Source: Candidatus Poribacteria bacterium (GTDB lineage Bacteria > Poribacteria > WGA-4E > UBA9662). Taken from it: 52,683 bases of DNA. The translations under genes were made by a program, and so were the position numbers. The stretch lies in assembly GCA_046582655.1 (NCBI GenBank), contig JAYGDX010000033.1, forward strand, positions 1 through 52,683, written 5' to 3'. Under the pieces are notes generated by a model. It was not told the origin of the DNA and did no database searches. It was given only the letters and a program-made list of their open reading frames with translations. Shown in pieces: positions 1 through 10,887 of this stretch. The stretch's first letter is position 1. Every line of letters begins with the position of its first letter.

Positions 1-2
1 AT

Positions 3-1292
3 GCCAAGTTGTTCGCTGGTGGTATCGAGGCACAGTTTAATTATCAAACTATACTTGATAAAACCCCTTGTAAAATTGTTATTCTGTCTGAAGGTGAAAT
101 ATCAACGTTGATGCTGACTCAGGAAAAACCGTTACACGAAATTCCAGGTATTGTGTTTAAAAATGATGCTGTCCCCCTAAGTCAAGAGCTTTTTAACGAA
201 GCTACAAATACAATAAAATGGGAAGAAAACCCATATGAAGAGTATTGGGACTACTATGTCGCAAAATATGGAGATACTATAACGGAAGAGAATTTAAAAG
301 AAATTCATACAGTTCGTGTTTTCTCGCGCAATCGCTGTCCGATAGGATGCAAGTTTTGTAGTTCTACAAATCAAATAACATGGGGATCTAACGGAACTGT
401 ACCAGTGATCAGCGCTACCGAGGATAATCTCATACATGTAATCGAAAGGATCGTAAATTCTCATCCAAAAGTAAAGACGATTTATCTCACCGATGATGAC
501 TTTTGTATTGATAAACCTAGTGTCATACGTTTCTGTCAGAAAGCAATTGAGAGAGATTTTGGGGATTTGACTTTTATGTGCTTTGCACGGTCTAGGGATC
601 TGAACGAGGAGATGCTAGGTTGGATGAAGAAAGCCAATTTCCGCCGTTTAAATATTGGGATCGAAAGCTTTTCGGAAAAGGTTTTGGAAGAAATGGGTAA
701 GCGGTGTAATGTCGAACACAATTATCAAGCACTTGAGATGGTAAAAAAGTATGATATAAAGGCGTTCATTAATATGATACTTATTACGCCGGAGACAACC
801 TTAGATGATCTTGAAACTACCGTCAATTCCGCGATATTCTATGCTCAAGACGACTTTTATCACGTTGGAGTCGTGCTTGCCATTAAGCCCCTTAAAGGAA
901 CTGATTTTTATGAGACAAATTCAAATTATCTTTCAGCGGTAGAGGCAATTCCGGAAACTAAGTATCATATCAAAAGAGACGACATGATTTTAGCGAATGA
1001 TCCGCGTGTAAGGAGCATCCAGCTGAAATACTGGGATAATATCGACGAAGTTGTTAATGAAAAGTCGAAGCAAGATGGCATTGTTCACAAAGTCGCCTCT
1101 AATGTTGCCCTAATCAAATTAAACTATGTCAAAAGTTTGATTGAAGAGATGCGCCATAGCCAAGTGGATGTGAATGGAATTCAGAACGAGTATAGTAGTC
1201 AGATTCTAGATATACCCTATAATGAGCTTCAGACTGTCGATATCCCTGAATCGATTGTTTATGCGGATGGTATGAGCCAGAAAAACAATTAA
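3..1292 (+). CDS. B12-binding radical SAM protein (class B methyltransferase-like), 5'-truncated by the window edge
   Basis: CxxxCxxC motif (RCPIGCKFC), YLTDDDF, GIESFSEKVL; N-terminal AGG...EGE segment typical of the cobalamin-binding domain end; frame is open from position 3. Confidence 0.8.
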   Translation, partial: AKLFAGGIEAQFNYQTILDKTPCKIVILSEGEISTLMLTQEKPLHEIPGIVFKNDAVPLSQELFNEATNTIKWEENPYEEYWDYYVAKYGDTITEENLKEIHTVRVFSRNRCPIGCKFCSSTNQITWGSNGTVPVISATEDNLIHVIERIVNSHPKVKTIYLTDDDFCIDKPSVIRFCQKAIERDFGDLTFMCFARSRDLNEEMLGWMKKANFRRLNIGIESFSEKVLEEMGKRCNVEHNYQALEMVKKYDIKAFINMILITPETTLDDLETTVNSAIFYAQDDFYHVGVVLAIKPLKGTDFYETNSNYLSAVEAIPETKYHIKRDDMILANDPRVRSIQLKYWDNIDEVVNEKSKQDGIVHKVASNVALIKLNYVKSLIEEMRHSQVDVNGIQNEYSSQILDIPYNELQTVDIPESIVYADGMSQKNN

Positions 1293-1316
1293 AATTGCAA
1301 TTTCGATAAACTACCG

Positions 1317-2819
1317 ATGAATGATCTTCCATATATAATTGATGCAGTTGATAATTCATCTAATACGTTGTATAGCTTTTATGATTTGCACGTGTCCCCT
1401 CCAACCTGTGACTTTCTCAAGTTTATGCAATATGCCGAACTCCGTCGTCGGCGGTACAATTTGGAGAAGATCCATTTCATTTTTGTTCCTGGCCCTAAGG
1501 AAGGATTCCGTGATGACAATCTGGCAAGAACAATTCCTCAGCGTTCAGCGTTGATGCGGAATTTGGTGGTTCCGTCTTGTTGGCTTTTGCCAACCTGTCA
1601 TGGAGTATCTTGGCTGGGTAATCGAACGGAGGCAATCAAGCTTTTTGAAAAAGTAGGAAATGTAAATATATTTCCTAGAAATTACACTCCTGAAACTCCC
1701 ATAAGTGATTATATAATGAGTGGGTTAATTACAGCTTACCTTCGGGGTGAAGAAATGGTTGTTTTACAAGAACCGTTCGAATACACCAGTATGGTTCAAG
1801 GTTATTTGTCAGCAAGATTGACAACTCAGAAACTGATCACAGTGACTGTTAGAGATACCCCATATAATACAGAAAGAAACACTAATCAACCGGAATGGCA
1901 GTCTTTTTTGGATTCACTGGATGCTTCAGAGTATAAAGTTCTTGTTGTTCCTGATACGTATAACATATGGTCGAAGAACATATGTGGTTTTGAATATTGT
2001 GAAATGGCTAGTCTCAATGTTCTGTTTAGAACAGCTCTTTATCGACAAGCATATTTGAATATGTTTACTCCTGGAGGTCCAGCAGAAATAGCATTGTATT
2101 CGAATTCTCCCCTGCTGATGTTCCGTCCTGTGGGAAAGGATATTGCAGCAACTGCTGACTGGTACCGTGTCTTTTATGGAATGGAGCCGGATGATCATCA
2201 TCAACACGCTATGTATAAGTTAAATCAGCGCTTGGCATGGGGAGCTGACAAAGCAGATTACGTTCAACGAGAGTTCAACAGATACATCGGAGATTTTCCT
2301 GAATTTCCTCATCCTCCTGTGAAAGAGCATGGAATTCAATCAGACACGCATAGAAATCTTCTATGTTTAGCAGCATTACTGTATGTTTTACTACAGATGA
2401 ATTGCCAGGTAATGCCAGAATTCGAGATGATGTCGGCTTTACAGGGTTATAATGTCTTATCACCCCCTGGGATCTCTTCAATTGAACAAGAAGATATAGA
2501 CACAATCAAAGCAATTATTAATTTGCTGCCAAATGATATTAGGCCTAGACATATCCTAGGGGTTATTGCTCATCATATTGGCGATTTTGATATTGCTGCT
2601 CAATCATTTGACGATTGTAGTAAACTTGCAAATGAAGATAGTAGCCTCCCAGCTAGAGTGAATAAGGAACTTCGATTATTAAAAGCTTTAATGTTTGAAA
2701 AAGGAGACGAAATTCAAAAGTCTTTGTGCGAATATATTGAACTTGATAGAAGTTTCCCAAACGATCCAGAAATACTGAAAAAGATCTCAATGTTGAGTGA
2801 CCAATTTAAGGCTTTGTAA
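1317..2819 (+). CDS. Hypothetical protein, possibly glycosyltransferase-like surface-glycan modification protein with C-terminal TPR-like helices
   Basis: 500-aa ORF 24 bp after the radical SAM gene; ITVTVRD...ERN segment; C-terminal HILGVIAHHIGDFDIAAQSF is TPR-like. Function is inference. Confidence 0.45.
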   Translation: MNDLPYIIDAVDNSSNTLYSFYDLHVSPPTCDFLKFMQYAELRRRRYNLEKIHFIFVPGPKEGFRDDNLARTIPQRSALMRNLVVPSCWLLPTCHGVSWLGNRTEAIKLFEKVGNVNIFPRNYTPETPISDYIMSGLITAYLRGEEMVVLQEPFEYTSMVQGYLSARLTTQKLITVTVRDTPYNTERNTNQPEWQSFLDSLDASEYKVLVVPDTYNIWSKNICGFEYCEMASLNVLFRTALYRQAYLNMFTPGGPAEIALYSNSPLLMFRPVGKDIAATADWYRVFYGMEPDDHHQHAMYKLNQRLAWGADKADYVQREFNRYIGDFPEFPHPPVKEHGIQSDTHRNLLCLAALLYVLLQMNCQVMPEFEMMSALQGYNVLSPPGISSIEQEDIDTIKAIINLLPNDIRPRHILGVIAHHIGDFDIAAQSFDDCSKLANEDSSLPARVNKELRLLKALMFEKGDEIQKSLCEYIELDRSFPNDPEILKKISMLSDQFKAL

Positions 2820-2925
2820 AGATAATTCAGCTGTAGGGAATCTATAGCCAAATCTTAGATAAAAACTCGTATAATAGTGCCTGCATTTACAATTTATATG
2901 TAATTACAAAGTAGGAATACATATT

Positions 2926-4836
2926 ATGCCAGTACAAATTCTATCACCGGACGTAGCGAATAAAATTGCAGCGGGTGAAATTGTTGAACGCCCAGCATCA
3001 GTTGTCAAAGAAATTGTTGAAAATGCCATTGATGCTAGGAGTACAAGCATCAGTGTTGATCTTCGGGCAGGTGGGAAAAGGCTGATCAAAATATGGGATA
3101 ATGGGATTGGTATGAACCGGGAAGATGCTCTCATTGCCATCGAAAGGCATGCCACAAGTAAAATCAACAATATTGAGGATTTGGCAAGCATTCAAACCTT
3201 TGGATTTCGGGGAGAAGCGTTGCCTTCTATTGCGTCCGTATCCAAACTCGAATTGCTGACGCGAACTGCTGATCAACTTGAAGGTACGAAAATCACGATT
3301 GAGGGAGGAACTGTTCAATCGGTAGAGGAAAGCGGGTGTTCACCAGGGACTCATATTTCAGTCGAAAATCTTTTCCATAATGTTCCGGCACGTCTCAAGT
3401 TTCTGAAGACGGAGACGACGGAGATAAACCATATCACCAATCAAATCATGTGGGCTGCACTTGCCCATACATCAATTGCCTTCTCATTGCGTCATAATGA
3501 TCGGTCATTACTTAATGTCCGTGTTTGTGAGTCAGTAATTGAACGTGTTCGTTTACTCTATGGCAAGGATTTAGCTGAAAGCCTGATTGAGATTGAGTCG
3601 GAACAACCCAGTTTCAAAATGCATGCATTCATTGGCAATGCAGATCTGACGAAATCCAATCGGAACTACCAACTCTTCTTTTTAAATCGGCGTCCGATCC
3701 GTAGCAAGATCATCAGTGCAGCCTTGAATGAGGCCATGCAGAGTTTTATTACCAAAGGTCGTTATGCGGTTGCGTTTCTTTTTCTGACTATGGATATGGA
3801 GGAAGTTGATGTAAATGTCCATCCAGCTAAGATAGAAGTTCGTTTTCGGGATGAGCGGTCAATTTATAGTCAAATCGTTCGCTTGCTCAACAGCGGCATT
3901 TATAGACACAAGTATATACCAACTATCGATACGGCTGAACAACCTACGACCAATGAACTCCAACCGAAAAATGCGATGAATTGGAATTCTCCAAAGCAAA
4001 CGCAGCATCAGATTGATCGAAGAAAAATGCAGAGGATTGATGAGTCTTCAACTATGAAACCGGTTGCAAGCCAAATCGAAGAACAGACCTTAGAAAAAGT
4101 CCCACCAACAGAAGAAAACATAGTATCTAGTAATGTTGCTTTAGATCCCTCTCGAAATCAAGGTGAGATGGTAACAGAATTAAGCCGTGTTGAAGTTCAG
4201 CCGAGCCGGCAGGTAATACCAGATGGAACCGGACTTGAGCTTCTGGATATGGATTGTATTGAATTAAAAACTAGCCTATTTAACACTTATATTCTAGCAG
4301 AAGGAAAGGATGAAGTTTTTATTATTGATCAACATGTTGCTTCCGAACGTGTACTATACGAAAGATACGTAACACAATTTAAAGAAGAAGACGTTCCGTC
4401 CCAAGGCCTTCTGTTGCCAGTTACGATAGAAGCCGTACAGCAGCAACTGACTACTTTTGACCGACATATGGATCTGTTTAAAAAAATTGGTTTCGATATT
4501 GAGAATTTCGGTGGCAGTACAATTCTTATTCGGGCAGTCCCCCCAATCTTATCAACACGACTTATAACGACAGCAGTTATGGATTTGTTAGATCAACTAG
4601 CGGAATCAGACAGTAACGAAATTGATATTGATATGCTAAAAATTCAGGATGATGCGTTGATTATGTTGTCCTGTAGATCGGCTGTCAAAGCAGGGGATAA
4701 ATTAACTATGGAAGAAATGATAAGTCTTGTCAAAGAACTCTCACAAGCAAACCATCCCTTTAACTGTCCTCATTCCCGTCCAATTATCATCAAGATGTCT
4801 AAAAATGAGTTAGAATCAAGGTTTCATCGTCGTTAA
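2926..4836 (+). CDS. mutL: DNA mismatch repair endonuclease MutL
   Basis: IAAGEIVERPASVVKE, GFRGEAL, DVNVHPAK, DQHVASER, SCR and CPHSRP motifs; AGGA RBS upstream. Confidence 0.98.
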   Translation: MPVQILSPDVANKIAAGEIVERPASVVKEIVENAIDARSTSISVDLRAGGKRLIKIWDNGIGMNREDALIAIERHATSKINNIEDLASIQTFGFRGEALPSIASVSKLELLTRTADQLEGTKITIEGGTVQSVEESGCSPGTHISVENLFHNVPARLKFLKTETTEINHITNQIMWAALAHTSIAFSLRHNDRSLLNVRVCESVIERVRLLYGKDLAESLIEIESEQPSFKMHAFIGNADLTKSNRNYQLFFLNRRPIRSKIISAALNEAMQSFITKGRYAVAFLFLTMDMEEVDVNVHPAKIEVRFRDERSIYSQIVRLLNSGIYRHKYIPTIDTAEQPTTNELQPKNAMNWNSPKQTQHQIDRRKMQRIDESSTMKPVASQIEEQTLEKVPPTEENIVSSNVALDPSRNQGEMVTELSRVEVQPSRQVIPDGTGLELLDMDCIELKTSLFNTYILAEGKDEVFIIDQHVASERVLYERYVTQFKEEDVPSQGLLLPVTIEAVQQQLTTFDRHMDLFKKIGFDIENFGGSTILIRAVPPILSTRLITTAVMDLLDQLAESDSNEIDIDMLKIQDDALIMLSCRSAVKAGDKLTMEEMISLVKELSQANHPFNCPHSRPIIIKMSKNELESRFHRR

Positions 4837-4885
4837 AGACGTTGTTGTATTCAAAGGAGACTTTTACCACAATAGGCATAGCTCT

Positions 4886-5128
4886 CTAGTCTTCTTGCTG
4901 CGTTGGCTCTGAGTCCTCTTGTTTCATATCAGTATCTCCTATGGGAGGGACATACCCGATAACCAAATTTCTTTTTTGTTCCAAACCCACTGGTTTGAGG
5001 CTGTTGTTGGAATTGTCTAGGAGGCTTTTACCACCATAGGCATAATCCTTCCAGTCTTCTTGCGGTTCGGAATTTTTCTTCTCTTGGCCTGTTGTATCAG
5101 TAGTTTGGAATGCATTGTCTTCTTCCAT
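4886..5128 (-). CDS. Small acidic hypothetical protein (80 aa)
   Basis: ORF with strong GAAGGAAGGA RBS just before the ATG; no recognisable motif. Confidence 0.55.
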   Translation of the reverse strand: MEEDNAFQTTDTTGQEKKNSEPQEDWKDYAYGGKSLLDNSNNSLKPVGLEQKRNLVIGYVPPIGDTDMKQEDSEPTQQED

Positions 5129-5291
5129 ATCATCCTTCCTTCGTTCTCCTTAGTAGACATCTATGATAGTGAAATCTTACTTGCTTCCCTCTTCGATAGC
5201 GAAAATGGTTCTTAGATTTAACTTAACCATTGCAATTACGATTCGATCCTTATTACGCTAGGATATTGCATTAGACGTTTTGAAACCAAGC

Positions 5292-6050
5292 TTAATCCAG
5301 GCTTGACTGTCTTCCTCCAACAGATGGGGGTGATAAGATACGTCGTTGTTGGTCGGTAGGATTGAAATAGTCTTCAGCCTTATAGTAGGTTCGTGACCAA
5401 GAAATATGCCCTGGGCTATATTTGTACAGGAAAGTTCGGCGTTCGTGATCCGCATTCCACGGGGTGGTGCCGTGAACGAGTGCTTCGGTGAAAAAAAGAG
5501 CGTCACCCGCTTTGGCGACGGGTTGTACCACGTATGGTTCTACGCGCTTCAACTCCCGTACGTCAGCTGGCATATCCGACAAAAAGTTAGATTTGTGGCT
5601 ACCTGGCACACAGATAAAGCCTCCATCGCCGGGGCCTGCGTCGGCAAAAAAGAAAGTCAATACCGAGAGGCCATTTTGCATAGTACCATTATGGTATTTG
5701 TAAAATTGGCAACCATTAGCTGTTTCTGGCCCACCGTGTAGGTTTCCTCCCTGTCCGCCTCGACTCATGAAAATACAATAATCGTGATCTAAGCGGAATG
5801 TTGGTCCCAGCAGTTCTTTCAGGTAAGGTGTGACCTTGGGATGGTCGATCAACCGTTGGCAGGCGGGATCCCACTTTGAAACATTGGCTGTCCGCCGAAG
5901 CCCTCCCATGTTACTGTCTTTGTTGCTGTAATCGCGGGGAAAGATTCGATCACTGATCTTGTTGATTTTCTCAATTTCTTCCTTGGTCAAGACATTTTTA
6001 ATTACAATATAACCTTGTAAATCAAAGACAAATTTCTCTTCTGGTGTCAT
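5292..6050 (-). CDS. Phytanoyl-CoA dioxygenase (PhyH) family protein
   Basis: FDLQGYIVIKNVL, LHGG, VPGSHK, GDALFFTEALVHGT motifs; ATG at 6050 follows GGAAGGAAGGA RBS. Confidence 0.9.
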   Translation of the reverse strand: MTPEEKFVFDLQGYIVIKNVLTKEEIEKINKISDRIFPRDYSNKDSNMGGLRRTANVSKWDPACQRLIDHPKVTPYLKELLGPTFRLDHDYCIFMSRGGQGGNLHGGPETANGCQFYKYHNGTMQNGLSVLTFFFADAGPGDGGFICVPGSHKSNFLSDMPADVRELKRVEPYVVQPVAKAGDALFFTEALVHGTTPWNADHERRTFLYKYSPGHISWSRTYYKAEDYFNPTDQQRRILSPPSVGGRQSSLD

Positions 6051-6400
6051 TATCCTTCCTTCCAAACTGTTCAAGAAAAAAGTGTTCGCCAGCGCAACGG
6101 CTTCTGTGGCAAGTAAGTAGCCTTGTGTGAATTGGGTGATGATAGTAGATTAGCAGACCCACAGGTTAAGGCGACAATGGATCAAGGTTAATAATCAAAT
6201 ATCGGTTCTTATCTTTCAAATACAGATTAACATATAAAGATAAATTTTTATATCATACCAAACCCAAGTTTTTGAATTTTTATCAGTGGTTATGCATAGA
6301 CGGATGTAACATCATATGATAATATAGATCCAAAATGGTGATAAAACAACTAAGTGCGAATTATTGGTTTAGATCTATTTCACTGCTTTTGTAGAATCAT

Positions 6401-8080
6401 ATGACACAAACTACTAATCGAGAAATAATAGAATTTTGGCGTGATAAACCCGCGCCATTGTTGCCAATTTTACACAATTTTCATGATCGGGACGGATTCA
6501 TTTCCGACGAGGTGATGCGTCAAGTTTCTGTTGGACTAAAAATCCCGTTAGCGGAACTTTTTGGAACTGTTACTTTTTATCATCACTTTTCACGAATGCC
6601 TCCAGGACAGGATGCCCCTCGTGTCTGCACGGGTCCTGTTTGTCTTCTTCAGGGTAGTAAAGAAATTTTAAATCAACTGGAAAAGGACGGAGCCATACCA
6701 ATGCCTTGTGCGGGACGGTGCGACGATACTGTACCGGTTCTAAAAAAGGATCAAGTACTGACAGGGTTAGATCCAACCACATTGTCTATTCGACCATCAC
6801 CTTTACCGGAACCAAATCCAGGTGGAATTGAAGAATGCATTTTCGCTTCTATTCGTGAAACGAATCAGTCATCACTGCAGGGCTATAAGAAGTCGGGTGG
6901 ATATCAGGGAATTGGCAAAATTGTTAAAGGGATGAAGTCTGCTGAAGTTATTGATCTAATTAGCCAAAGCCAATTAGCTGGACGTGGAGGAGCAGGCTTC
7001 CCAACAGGGTTGAAATGGAAAGCGGTCGCAGAGGCAGAAAATGATCCCAAAACCGTGGTTTGTAATGCTGATGAAGGTGAGCCCGGATGTTTTAAGGATC
7101 GAGCTATTCTGGATTATGACCCGCACGCTGTAATTGAGGGAATGATTATTGCCGCATACGCTACAGGTGCAACCAGAGGTTTCATATATCTTCGGTACGA
7201 ATATCCAGATACTTTCAAGGTGCTTAAATGTGCCATAGCCGAAGCTAGAAACGCGGGCTTGTTGGGAGGTAGAATCCTTGATCAAGATTTCAGTTTTGAA
7301 ATCTATTTGCGTCGTGGTGCGGGTGCATACATTTGTGGTGAAGAAGGAGCGCTTCTGAACAGTCTTGAAGGCAAACGCCCATTTCCACGAAATCGACCGC
7401 CGTATCCCGTAACTCATGGCTTTGAGAATCTGCCAACGGCTGTAAATAACGTTGAAACATTGGCAGCTGTACCGCCAATTGTTAACCGAGGTGCTGAATG
7501 GTATCAGAACCTTGGAGTCAACGGACATGCTGGTACTAAGATTATCAGCCTCTCCGGCGATATTCGAAAACCCGGAAACTATGAAGTCCCAATCGGGTTG
7601 CCTCTGAAAACACTCCTCTACGACTGGGCAAGCGGGCCACTTACAGGTAGATCTATTCAGGCGGTTACAATGGCAGGGGTTTCCGGCGGTTTTCTAGCAG
7701 GGGAGGATTTGGACATTACTTTAGATGATCCTACCATCAAAAGTAAGGAGTCGTATCTGGGGTCAGGAGGGATTATCGTTTTTGATGACAGTCGTGATAT
7801 GGTAGAAATCGCTCAGTATATTATGAAGTTCTATGCCGAAGAATCCTGTGGCAAATGTTTCCCGTGCCGGATTGGCACGCAGCGCTTGGTTGAGCGACTA
7901 GAAGGTAAAACCGGCCCCAAAGAAGTTGACTTATGGTTGGAAGAGGTTGAAGATATTGGTCAGACCATGCAGGCAATTAGCGCATGTGGTTTAGGAATAT
8001 CAGCACCATTAATTACTGAAAGTTTAATCAGGTACTTCCCCGATCAAGTAACCAGACACGTAGAATCAGGAAAATCATAG
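6401..8080 (+). CDS. Fused NuoE/NuoF-like (FdsG-FdsB-like) NAD(H) diaphorase subunit of formate dehydrogenase
   Basis: N-terminal thioredoxin-like [2Fe-2S] domain (TFYHHF, VCTGPVC, CAGRCD) followed by GRGGAGFPTG, NADEGEPG, YICGEE and CGKCFPCR...C motifs. Confidence 0.92.
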   Translation: MTQTTNREIIEFWRDKPAPLLPILHNFHDRDGFISDEVMRQVSVGLKIPLAELFGTVTFYHHFSRMPPGQDAPRVCTGPVCLLQGSKEILNQLEKDGAIPMPCAGRCDDTVPVLKKDQVLTGLDPTTLSIRPSPLPEPNPGGIEECIFASIRETNQSSLQGYKKSGGYQGIGKIVKGMKSAEVIDLISQSQLAGRGGAGFPTGLKWKAVAEAENDPKTVVCNADEGEPGCFKDRAILDYDPHAVIEGMIIAAYATGATRGFIYLRYEYPDTFKVLKCAIAEARNAGLLGGRILDQDFSFEIYLRRGAGAYICGEEGALLNSLEGKRPFPRNRPPYPVTHGFENLPTAVNNVETLAAVPPIVNRGAEWYQNLGVNGHAGTKIISLSGDIRKPGNYEVPIGLPLKTLLYDWASGPLTGRSIQAVTMAGVSGGFLAGEDLDITLDDPTIKSKESYLGSGGIIVFDDSRDMVEIAQYIMKFYAEESCGKCFPCRIGTQRLVERLEGKTGPKEVDLWLEEVEDIGQTMQAISACGLGISAPLITESLIRYFPDQVTRHVESGKS

Positions 8081-8110
8081 CTTGTAGCATCCAACTCAAA
8101 GGGTATAAGA

Positions 8111-10831
8111 ATGGACTCAAATCAGGTTAAGCAACGACGTAATACAGTAAAACTGGATGGTGAAACGTTCCCATTTACTGAAGGCGAAACGATCTATGAG
8201 GTTGCTGAACGGCAACGGAAAAATATTCCAACACTGTGTTATGATCCTCGTTTGGAACCCTTTGGCAGTTGCAGGCTGTGCATTGTCGACGTTGAAGGCT
8301 CCCGCAATCCTGTTGCTTCCTGTACGACTTTGGTTACACCAGAGATGGTTGTCAGCACATCTTCCAAAAAAATTAATAAGTATCGTAAGATTCTTTTGGA
8401 AATGGTTATTTCTGAAAATCATGGTCAACTTGATGTTGATCCGTTGCGTGGATATGCTTCTCAGGAGTTGAAGGTGCTTGCAGATCAATACCAATCTCGA
8501 ACTGAACGATTCGGGGGAGAACACTCAGGTATCAGTAATCAAGTTGACGATAATCCGTTCATTCTTCGAGATTATGATCTCTGTATCTCGTGCTATCGAT
8601 GTGTCCGTGTCTGTGCTGAGCAAGAGGGGGATCATGCCATCAATATCATGCACCGAGGATTTGACTCCCAGATTAGTACCGAATTCAACGGGACACTTAA
8701 AGACTCAGCTTGCACTTTTTGCGGGCAGTGTATCCAGACCTGTCCTACTGGAGCGCTAGCGGATAAAAAAGCTATTCGCAATGCCCATCTGGCGGGGGAA
8801 ATTGACAAAACCCGGTCGATTTGTCCTTATTGTGGTGTTGGTTGTTCAATTGACCTGTTGACTAAAGAGGACAAGCTGGTCGGCATTCAGCCAGCCATGG
8901 ATGGGCCAGCTAACAAAGGGGCTTTGTGTGTGAAAGGGCAATTCGCCTTCGATTTTGTCCAGCATCCAGATCGTCTAACCACACCGCTGGTGCGGGGGCA
9001 AGATGGTCAGTTTCACCAAGCGAGTTGGGAGCAAGCCCTCGACCAAGCGGCTGAAGGGTTCCGTAAGGTTGTTCAAGAACATGGTAGACACAGCGTCTTC
9101 GGCGTGGCATCAGGTCGTGCGCCCAGTGAGGCTGCTTACCTGATGCAAAAGTTTATTCGGGCAGGTTTTGGTACTAACTATATTGATAACTGTAGTCGTG
9201 CTTGACACGCGCCAACGGTTGCCGGTCTGGCAACGACAATAGGGCGCGGCGCCATGTCTAATCCTCTAATCGACATGGAGAAGCCTGACGTTATCTTCTG
9301 TATTGGCACCAACATGACGGAGTGCCATCCGGTGGCAGCTACCGGTCTCAAGAAAGCAATTGCTCGTGGGGCGAAACTGATTGTTGCTGATCCCCGACGA
9401 ATTGGGCTCGCCGACCTCTCCGATTTGTACCTGCCGCTTCGGGTTGGGTCGGATGTGGCTCTCCTTCTCAGTATGGCGCATGTTATTGTTAGAGAAGACT
9501 TGATCGACCTGCAGTTCGTTTCAAATCGAACCACAGGCAATGAAGCTTTTCTTGAACATATCAAGCAATTTCCACCGGAATGGGCAACTCAGATTACTGG
9601 AGTGTCAGCAAAAGATATTGAAACAGCGGCAATTTGGTATGGGTTGGCTGATAGAGGCGCAATTTTTTACACACTTGGTATTACGGAACACATTTGTGGA
9701 GTAGATAACGTACAGTCTCTCTGCAATTTGGTCTTGATGACTGGGAACATTGGACGTGAAGGCACAGGGATTAATCCCATGCGAGGTCAAAATAATATTC
9801 AGGGTGCTGGTGATAGTGGAGCATTACCCAATAACTATCCGGGGTTTCAGCCAGTTACCGATCCACATAACCAGGCAAAATTTAAAGAATTATATGGTAC
9901 TGATATTGACTTGGAAAAGGGAATTACCAAGGTCGCAGCTCTTGATCTGTGTGGCGATCAGATTAAAGCGATGTTGATTAATGGTGAAAACACATTGATC
10001 TCCGATCCGGATCGGCAGCACTGCGAGCACGCGCTGAACAGCCTCGATCATCTGGTGGTTATTGACATTTTCTTGACCGAAACAGCGGCATTGGCGGATG
10101 TTGTTCTGCCCGCAACCGCTTTTGCCGAAACAGATGGTGTTGTAACCAATACCGAACGTCGCGTACAACGCGTTCGCGCTGCGGTATCACCACCGGGAGA
10201 GGCAAATCCTGATTGGTGGATTATCAGTCAGCTTGCCCAGAGGATGGAGATTCCGGGTTTCGATTACTCGGAACCGCAAGAGGTGTTCAACGAGCTTTGC
10301 AGTGTTTCTCCAATATATGCGGGGTTGAATTGGGATCGAGTTGCCCAAGGTGAATACCACTGGCCGGTGCCGGACGCTGAACATCCCGGAACACCGATTC
10401 TCCACCAGGAAGAATTCATCAATGGGCGTGGTGTTTTTTCAATCGTCAACTACCGCGATCCGCAGGAAACGATCAGCGCCCAATTTCCAATTTGGCTAAC
10501 CACCGGGCGTCGATTGGCTTCCTATCATACCCGAACTCAAACAGGTCGTGCGGAAGGTATTGACTATCTCCTGGCTGAAGAAGCTCTTGAAGTTAATCCG
10601 CTTGATTTACAGGAATGGGGGTTGGATGACGGAGAATGGTGTCAACTGGCGAGTGCACGAGGTAGTGTCAAAATCAGAGCCAAATCGACCAATCGGTCGC
10701 CACGCGGTACTGTTTTTGCCAGTTTCAGTTTCAGCGATGTTCCTATAAATATGTTAACTGGATCAGGCTATGATCCAATTACCGACACAGCTGAACTCAA
10801 AGTTTGCCCGGTTCGAGTGGATCTGCTGTAG
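8111..10831 (+). CDS. fdhF: Formate dehydrogenase alpha subunit, selenocysteine-containing (906 aa, Sec365)
   Basis: ORFs 8111-9205 and 9254-10831 are in one frame separated only by TGA 9203-9205 in DNCSRA-U-HAPTVAGL; Fe-S motifs, CPYCGVGC, RGQNNIQG and molybdopterin C-terminal domain present. Confidence 0.95.
9203..9235 (+). promoter_or_regulatory. Sec codon plus bacterial SECIS element
   Basis: TGA then hairpin GTTGCC (9218-9223) / GGTCT loop / GGCAAC (9229-9234), 12 nt after the TGA, closely matching the E. coli fdhF SECIS layout. Confidence 0.9.
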
Positions 10832-10887
10832 AGGGTGTTAACCGAACAAACATCTTCCAAAAAACGCTGAACGTAATGATTGGTTAA

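Noticed and set aside
6075..6400. Moco riboswitch or ModE box before the FDH operon
   Set aside because: Only weak AT-rich inverted repeats and short palindromes (GATGTAACATC, ATCATATGAT); no convincing consensus match.
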